Of a stretch of DNA of 33,334 nucleotides, positions 28,074-33,334 are shown one piece after another. This stretch comes from Verrucomicrobia bacterium UBA673. GTDB taxonomy: Bacteria; Verrucomicrobiota; Verrucomicrobiia; Limisphaerales; UBA1096. Under the pieces are notes generated by a model. It did not search any database and was not told the DNA's origin. It worked only from the letters and a program-made list of their open reading frames with translations. Position numbers and translations under genes: made by a program. The stretch lies in the NCBI GenBank assembly GCA_002299785.1, contig DBNL01000016.1, positions 1 through 33,334 on the forward strand, written 5' to 3'. Position 1 is the stretch's first letter. Every line of letters starts with the position of its first letter.

Positions 28074-28591
28074 ACGAGGAAATTTCATTTTGGATCTTGT
28101 CCGCCATCGCTGTACTCGGAGCACTGGTGGCAGTGCGCAAGCGCAACCTCATTCACGGCGTGTTCGCATTGCTGGTTTTCTTCGCGGGGCTGTCCGGGTT
28201 GTTTTTGCTGCTGCTCGCCGAGTTTATTGCGGCGGTTCAGGTACTCGTGTACATAGGGGCGGTCGGTGTTTTGCTGCTGTTCGCCATCATGCTCACAGAG
28301 CGAGTGGCCGGAGACGACGATCGTCGAATGATTTCGCGCGGCTGGTCTTGGGGCCTCTTGGCGGCGGCGGCGGTGTTTGTCGTTCTGTTGCTGCGTCCCA
28401 TCCAGCAATTGCCATCACAGGACGCCGCGCAGCCAATTAAGCCATCAGTGGAGGCGCTTGGCCACAAGCTGATAAACCCTTACGTGGTGACACTGGAGGT
28501 GCTGGCGTTGCTGCTCACCGCGGCGCTCATCGGTGCAGTCACTGCGGCGCAGGGCTTACGCATGCCAAAGGAGGAGGATTCACCGGAATGA
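28070..28591 (+). CDS. nuoJ: NADH-quinone oxidoreductase subunit J (cluster 2)
   Basis: Motifs AEFIAAVQVLVYIGAVGVLLLFAIMLT and LEVLALLLTAALIGA. Confidence 0.95.
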   Translation: MNEEISFWILSAIAVLGALVAVRKRNLIHGVFALLVFFAGLSGLFLLLLAEFIAAVQVLVYIGAVGVLLLFAIMLTERVAGDDDRRMISRGWSWGLLAAAAVFVVLLLRPIQQLPSQDAAQPIKPSVEALGHKLINPYVVTLEVLALLLTAALIGAVTAAQGLRMPKEEDSPE

Positions 28592-28896
28592 CTTTGCACC
28601 ATTACCTCATTTTGGCTGCGGTACTTTTTTGCGTTGGATTGATGGGCGCATTCACGCGGCGCAACGCCATCGTCGTGCTTTTTTCCGTCGAGATCATGCT
28701 CAACGCCGCCAATCTGAACTTCATCGCCTTCTGGCGCTACAGCGATAACCCAGAGCTGCTGCACGGGCCTATGTTCACGCTGTTCGCGATCGCCGTGGCT
28801 GCTGCTGAGGTGGCCGTGGGCCTGGCGCTGGTGATTGCGGTTTACCGGCATTTCAAAACCGTGGATTTGGAGTCCATTAACACTTTAAGGGAATAA
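28588..28896 (+). CDS. nuoK: NADH-quinone oxidoreductase subunit K (cluster 2)
   Basis: Motifs RRNAI..SVEIMLNAANLN and VAAAEVAVGLAL. Confidence 0.96.
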   Translation: MTLHHYLILAAVLFCVGLMGAFTRRNAIVVLFSVEIMLNAANLNFIAFWRYSDNPELLHGPMFTLFAIAVAAAEVAVGLALVIAVYRHFKTVDLESINTLRE

Positions 28897-30803
28897 TGAC
28901 TACAACCACGCTGGCCCTCATTCCCCTGCTGCCGCTGCTTGCCGCCGTATTGACGTACATGTTGAAGGACGGTCGCCGCGCCGCCGGCGTGGCCATCGCC
29001 GCGATGCTTGCCTCTTGTGGACTGGCGCTAGCTGCGTTCAACGAGGCATGGGGTATGGCAGCGGATGTCCACACCACGTTCAACATCCCTTGGCTCACTG
29101 TTGGTGACACAGCCATTCCGCTTGGCTTCGTACTCGATCCGCTCAACGGCGCGATGTTGGCGATGGTCACTTTCATCGGCCTGCTTATTTTCATCTACTC
29201 CTCTGGCTACATGAAAGACGACCAACGCATGGCGCGGTTTTTCTGTTACCTATCGCTTTTCGCCGCCGGGATGCTTGGTCTCGTGTTGGCCAACAGCCTG
29301 TTGTTGCTGTTCATGTGCTGGGAAATTGTCGGCGTCGCGTCGTACCTGCTTATCAGTTTCTGGTTCCACAAACCTGAGGCCGCAGCAGCCGGCAAAAAAG
29401 CGTTCATCATCACGCGCATTGGCGACATGGGTTTTCTCATCGGCATCCTGCTGGCATTCAAGATGACCGGTACGCTGACGCTTTACGACGATGGCAAAGG
29501 CCTGCTGGAGACTTTGCCAACCGGGATGATTTGGGGAGTGGAGGTCGCGGCGGTGATCAGCCTGTTGCTGTTCATGGGGGCGGTGGGCAAGTCCGGCCAG
29601 TTGCCACTGCACGTCTGGCTACCGGACGCGATGGAAGGCCCGACGCCGGTCAGCGCGCTGATTCATGCAGCGACAATGGTCGCGGCCGGTGTTTTCCTCG
29701 TGGCGAGGACGATCCCGCTGTTTGAAGCCGGCGGCACTCTGCCTGTGGTGGCGTGGGTGGGTGCTATCACTGCGCTCGTGGCGGCGTTCATCGCCCTTGG
29801 CCAATACGACCTCAAACGCATTCTGGCCTACTCAACGGTCAGCCAGCTTGGCCTGATGATGGTCGGCCTCGGCGTGGCAGGCGTGTCGGTGGGAATGTTT
29901 CATTTGCTGACACACGCCTTTTTCAAGGCACTGCTGTTCCTCGGCGCGGGCTCGATCATTCACGGCTGCCACGAGGAACAAGATATCCGCAAAATGGGCG
30001 GCTTGGCCAAGCCGATGCCAGTGACGACCATCGCCTACCTTTGTGGCACACTCGCACTGGTGGCGTTCCCGTTCACGAGCGGCTTTTTCAGCAAAGACGA
30101 AATTTTGGCCGGCGCTTGGGCCACGAATCAACCGGTCTTTTGGATCGCCGCCGCCGCGTCGCTACTGACAGCGGTCTACATGACGCGCCAGTGCATCTAC
30201 GTTTTCCCCGGCACGCATCGCGGTGTGCACACGCCACACGAGAGTCCGCGCATCATGACAGTGCCGCTGGTCATTCTCGCCCTCTTCGCGCTTGGCCTCG
30301 GCGGCTTGGTCAAGGACAGCGTGTTGGCCAATCTGCCGGGTGAGGCGGCACAGCATGAAACCATTGTCATCGTCGTAAGCATTGCCGTCGCGCTCGGCGG
30401 CATTGCGCTTGGCTGGCTGATTTATCGCGGGCGAGCACTTGGCCAAGAGAATGATCCGCTCGCCGTCACGCCGCTCGAGCGCAAACTGTGGTTCGATGAA
30501 TTGTACGCCGCCACGGTGGGCCGACTGTGGAGCTTGGCCATCATCATCGCGGAACAACTCAACGAGTTGCTGCACTTCATCCGTGACTTGCTCGTTACAC
30601 TGGCCAACAAAATCGGCACCGGCTTCGCCGTCGGCGGCGACCGAAAATTGATCGACAAGCTGGCATTCGACGGCATGTGCAACCAGCTGCGCTCGGCCGG
30701 CCACGCCGTGACCCGCCCGCAAAACGGCTTTCTGCCCGGCTACCTCCGCCTCATCGCGGTCGGTGCGGTGGCGCTGGGGGTCCTCGTGTTCTGGATAAAA
30801 TGA
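28896..30803 (+). CDS. nuoL: NADH-quinone oxidoreductase subunit L (cluster 2) with an elongated amphipathic helix
   Basis: Motifs WEIVGVASYLLI, GKSGQLPLHVWLPDAMEGPTPVSALIHAATMV, HAFFKALLFL and GFFSKD; long FDELY...QNG segment. Confidence 0.97.
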   Translation: MTTTTLALIPLLPLLAAVLTYMLKDGRRAAGVAIAAMLASCGLALAAFNEAWGMAADVHTTFNIPWLTVGDTAIPLGFVLDPLNGAMLAMVTFIGLLIFIYSSGYMKDDQRMARFFCYLSLFAAGMLGLVLANSLLLLFMCWEIVGVASYLLISFWFHKPEAAAAGKKAFIITRIGDMGFLIGILLAFKMTGTLTLYDDGKGLLETLPTGMIWGVEVAAVISLLLFMGAVGKSGQLPLHVWLPDAMEGPTPVSALIHAATMVAAGVFLVARTIPLFEAGGTLPVVAWVGAITALVAAFIALGQYDLKRILAYSTVSQLGLMMVGLGVAGVSVGMFHLLTHAFFKALLFLGAGSIIHGCHEEQDIRKMGGLAKPMPVTTIAYLCGTLALVAFPFTSGFFSKDEILAGAWATNQPVFWIAAAASLLTAVYMTRQCIYVFPGTHRGVHTPHESPRIMTVPLVILALFALGLGGLVKDSVLANLPGEAAQHETIVIVVSIAVALGGIALGWLIYRGRALGQENDPLAVTPLERKLWFDELYAATVGRLWSLAIIIAEQLNELLHFIRDLLVTLANKIGTGFAVGGDRKLIDKLAFDGMCNQLRSAGHAVTRPQNGFLPGYLRLIAVGAVALGVLVFWIK

Positions 30804-32239
30804 TCACCGCACTCACATTGGCCCCGGTAGTGGCGGCCTTGCTGATACTGGCCCTGCCGGAACGCCGCGCCCGCTCCGTGGCGCTCGCCGGCGCGCTGGT
30901 GTCGCTGGCTTTGGCGGTATGGATGCTGGTGCAATTCGACATTACCGTCGCCGGTTTACAATTCAGCGAAAAAGTGGCGTGGATTCCTGCGCTGAGCGTT
31001 CATTATTTCGTCGGCCTCGATGGTACAAACGCGCTGGTGCTGCTGTTGTCGGCGCTTCTCGCGCCTCTCGTTGTACTGGCTTCGTGGCAGCACACCGACC
31101 GGCCGCGCACCTATTTTATTCTGCTCTGCCTGCTCTTCACCGGACTATTTGGCACCTTCACCGCGCTGAATTTTTTCCACTGGTTCCTCTACTGGGAACT
31201 GGTGCTGGTGCCGTCTTTTTTCCTGATCAAACTCTTCGGCAAAGGAGAGGAGCGACACAGCGCAGCACTGAATTTTGTCCTGTTCACCGTGCTGGGCAGC
31301 GTGGCGATGCTGCTGGGCTTCCTGTTTTTGTATGAGCAAACTGACACGTTTGACTTCATCCAACTCGACAAAAAAGACGTCAGCGTCAGCCCTCTTATTT
31401 TCTTCGCGATACTCGCCGGCCTATGGGTGAAGGTGCCACTCGCCCCGCTGCACATTTGGCAGGCACCCGCGTACGCAGCCGCGCCGACACCGGTGGCCAT
31501 GCTGCTCACCGGCGTGATGTCGAAAATGGGCGTGTACGGTTTCCTTCGAATCATAGTCCCCATCTTCCCTGAGCAACTGAAGCAGCACGCCGACACGCTG
31601 ATGGCCTTCGCGCTGGTGACGATCCTGTGGGGCGCGTTCCTCGCATTACGACAGACCGATCTCAAGCGCCTGCTTACCTTCTCGTCGCTAAACCATGTGG
31701 CCTATTGCGTTCTCGGCGTGGGCGCACTGGGCATCGCAGCGAACGGACTTAAAGTGGATGCGCACGCGCTGGCGACGCAGGGAGTCATCCTACAAATGTT
31801 TGCCCACGGCTTGGCAGCAGCCGGCTTGTTTTATCTCGTCGGTCTGCTGGAAGAACGCACCGGCTTACGCGGGCGGAATGAATTCGGCGGACTCAGCGCT
31901 GTCACTCCCCGATTCGCAGCGGTGTTTTTCATTCTCACATTCTGCTCGCTTGGCCTGCCGTTCATGGCGGGATTCGCCGCGGAGTTTTTGATTTTTAGCG
32001 GCACGTTCGCCGTCGCACCGGGTGTAACGGTCGCGGCGACGCTTGCTCTGCTGGCAACAGCCGTCTTTTTGCTAACCATGTTGCAACGAGTTTTCACCGG
32101 ACCGGTCAACGAACAATACAAGTCCATGCCGGACCTAACCCGAAACGAAATCCTGATTTTAACCCCGATCATCATCCTTGTTTTCTGGGCCGGCATCTAT
32201 CCCAAAACCTGGCTAATGTTCAGCCAATTGATCCCCTGA
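30800..32239 (+). CDS. nuoM: NADH-quinone oxidoreductase subunit M, copy 1
   Basis: ATG overlapping the nuoL stop; motifs WIPAL..GLDG, YWELVLVP, VKVPLAPLHIW, MSKMGVYG, QMFAHG and SLGLP..GFAAEF. Confidence 0.94.
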   Translation: MITALTLAPVVAALLILALPERRARSVALAGALVSLALAVWMLVQFDITVAGLQFSEKVAWIPALSVHYFVGLDGTNALVLLLSALLAPLVVLASWQHTDRPRTYFILLCLLFTGLFGTFTALNFFHWFLYWELVLVPSFFLIKLFGKGEERHSAALNFVLFTVLGSVAMLLGFLFLYEQTDTFDFIQLDKKDVSVSPLIFFAILAGLWVKVPLAPLHIWQAPAYAAAPTPVAMLLTGVMSKMGVYGFLRIIVPIFPEQLKQHADTLMAFALVTILWGAFLALRQTDLKRLLTFSSLNHVAYCVLGVGALGIAANGLKVDAHALATQGVILQMFAHGLAAAGLFYLVGLLEERTGLRGRNEFGGLSAVTPRFAAVFFILTFCSLGLPFMAGFAAEFLIFSGTFAVAPGVTVAATLALLATAVFLLTMLQRVFTGPVNEQYKSMPDLTRNEILILTPIIILVFWAGIYPKTWLMFSQLIP

Positions 32240-32240
32240 A

Positions 32241-33334
32241 ATGACCGCGCTGCTCACCATCATTCTCAGCTTCATCGGCGCTCTGGTGTGCGGTCTTATG
32301 CCATCGAGTGCACACCGGCGCATTCGCTGGGTGGCGTTGGCCTTCGCGGCCGCTGGACTGGGTGTGTCAGCAGTCTGTTATGTGAATTATTCCGGCGGCG
32401 AATTCGCGGACTTGCTCGAGGCTGAATGGATTCCGTCGCTCGGCATCGGCTTTACCACCGGCTACGACGGTATCAGCCTGCCACTGCTGCTGGTGACCGG
32501 CTTGGTGGCGGTGTGTGGTGTTTTGTTCAGTTGGACACTCGAGTCGCGTGCGAACCAGTTTTACGCCTTTTACTTTGCGCTGATCGGCGGTGTGTACGGC
32601 GTATTCCTGTCGCTCGACCTGTTTCTGCTGTTTGTGTTTTACGAGATCGCGGTAGTCCCAAAATATTTCCTAATCGCCATCTGGGGCGGCGTACGGCGTC
32701 AGTTCGCGGCGATGAAGCTGGTACTCTATTCCTTCGGCGGCAGCGCCCTAGTGTTACTGGGGATGATCGCGGTTTTCTTTTTAGCAAACGACGCCTCCGG
32801 CGAGTCGTTGAAGACGTTCAGCTTGCTTAAGTTGCAGGAGGGACAAGTGCCGGCAGAGGCGCAGCAATGGATTTTCCCGATGATTTTCGTCGGCTTCGCC
32901 ATAATGGCCGGCATGTGGCCGTTCCACACTTGGGCACCGACCGGCCACGTGGCAGCGCCGACAGCGGTAAGCATGCTGCTCGCCGGTGTGGTGATGAAGC
33001 TCGGCGCGTACGGCTGCCTCCGCGTGGCCGTCGGGCTGCTCCCTGAAGGAGCGCAGGATTGGGCCTCTTGGGTGGCGGTAGTTGCCGTGATCAACATCGT
33101 CTATGGCGCACTGGTCGCGCTGAAGCAGGACGACTTCAAGTATGTTATCGGCTACTCGAGTGTCAGCCACATGGGCTTTGTGCTGCTGGGGATCGCCACT
33201 CTAAACCTAACCGGCATGACCGGTGCGGTGCTACAGATGTTCTCGCACGGCGTGATCGGTGCCCTGCTCTTCGCGTTGGTGGGCACGGTGATTTATTCGC
33301 GCACCAAGACGCGTATGCTCAATGAACTGCACCG
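32241..33334 (+). CDS. nuoM: NADH-quinone oxidoreductase subunit M, copy 2, truncated at the window edge
   Basis: Missing from the ORF track because it has no stop in the window. Hand translation gives MTALLTIILSF...WIPSLGIGFTTGYDGISLPL...FYEIAVVPKYFLIAIWG...WPFHTWAPTGHVAAPTAVSMLLAGVVMKLGAYG...IGYSSVSHMGFV...QMFSHG. These are NuoM motifs, not NuoN motifs. Confidence 0.92.
   Translation, partial: MTALLTIILSFIGALVCGLMPSSAHRRIRWVALAFAAAGLGVSAVCYVNYSGGEFADLLEAEWIPSLGIGFTTGYDGISLPLLLVTGLVAVCGVLFSWTLESRANQFYAFYFALIGGVYGVFLSLDLFLLFVFYEIAVVPKYFLIAIWGGVRRQFAAMKLVLYSFGGSALVLLGMIAVFFLANDASGESLKTFSLLKLQEGQVPAEAQQWIFPMIFVGFAIMAGMWPFHTWAPTGHVAAPTAVSMLLAGVVMKLGAYGCLRVAVGLLPEGAQDWASWVAVVAVINIVYGALVALKQDDFKYVIGYSSVSHMGFVLLGIATLNLTGMTGAVLQMFSHGVIGALLFALVGTVIYSRTKTRMLNELH

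Noticed and set aside
1-33334. CRISPR arrays, rRNA, transposases, phage or defence genes
   Set aside because: No regularly spaced repeats or matching motifs were seen, and nearly all the sequence is accounted for by the listed genes.

Overview
GC-rich bacterial window, probably from Verrucomicrobiota (inferred from the style of the prepilin-like genes and the secreted protein). It holds two divergently oriented, non-identical complex I (nuo) clusters around an accessory block. The left cluster (minus strand) is nuoB-C-D-E-F-G-H-I-J-K-L, running off the left edge. It has the NADH-input module but no adjacent nuoA. A tRNA-Gln(CUG) gene sits on the opposite strand between nuoE and nuoF, and the cluster is preceded by a sigma70-type promoter plus a perfect TTGTGAA-N4-TTCACAA (Rex/CRP-like) palindrome. 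The right cluster (plus strand) is nuoA-B-C-D-I-H-J-K-L-M-M, running off the right edge. It lacks nuoEFG, has two nuoM genes, and its NuoL amphipathic helix is about 25-30 aa longer than usual, which is the signature of a '2M' complex I. Its second NuoM also lacks the conserved TM7 lysine. The middle block contains RNase R overlapping a 1369-aa secreted metzincin protease with Ig-like and jelly-roll domains, back-to-back sigma54-like promoters, three prepilin-type genes, an 8-heme cytochrome c, an unannotated promoter-hairpin-terminator unit (candidate sRNA), and an FGE/SUMF1-domain protein. No CRISPR array, rRNA or transposase was seen. All calls come from reading motifs by eye; no database searches were run.
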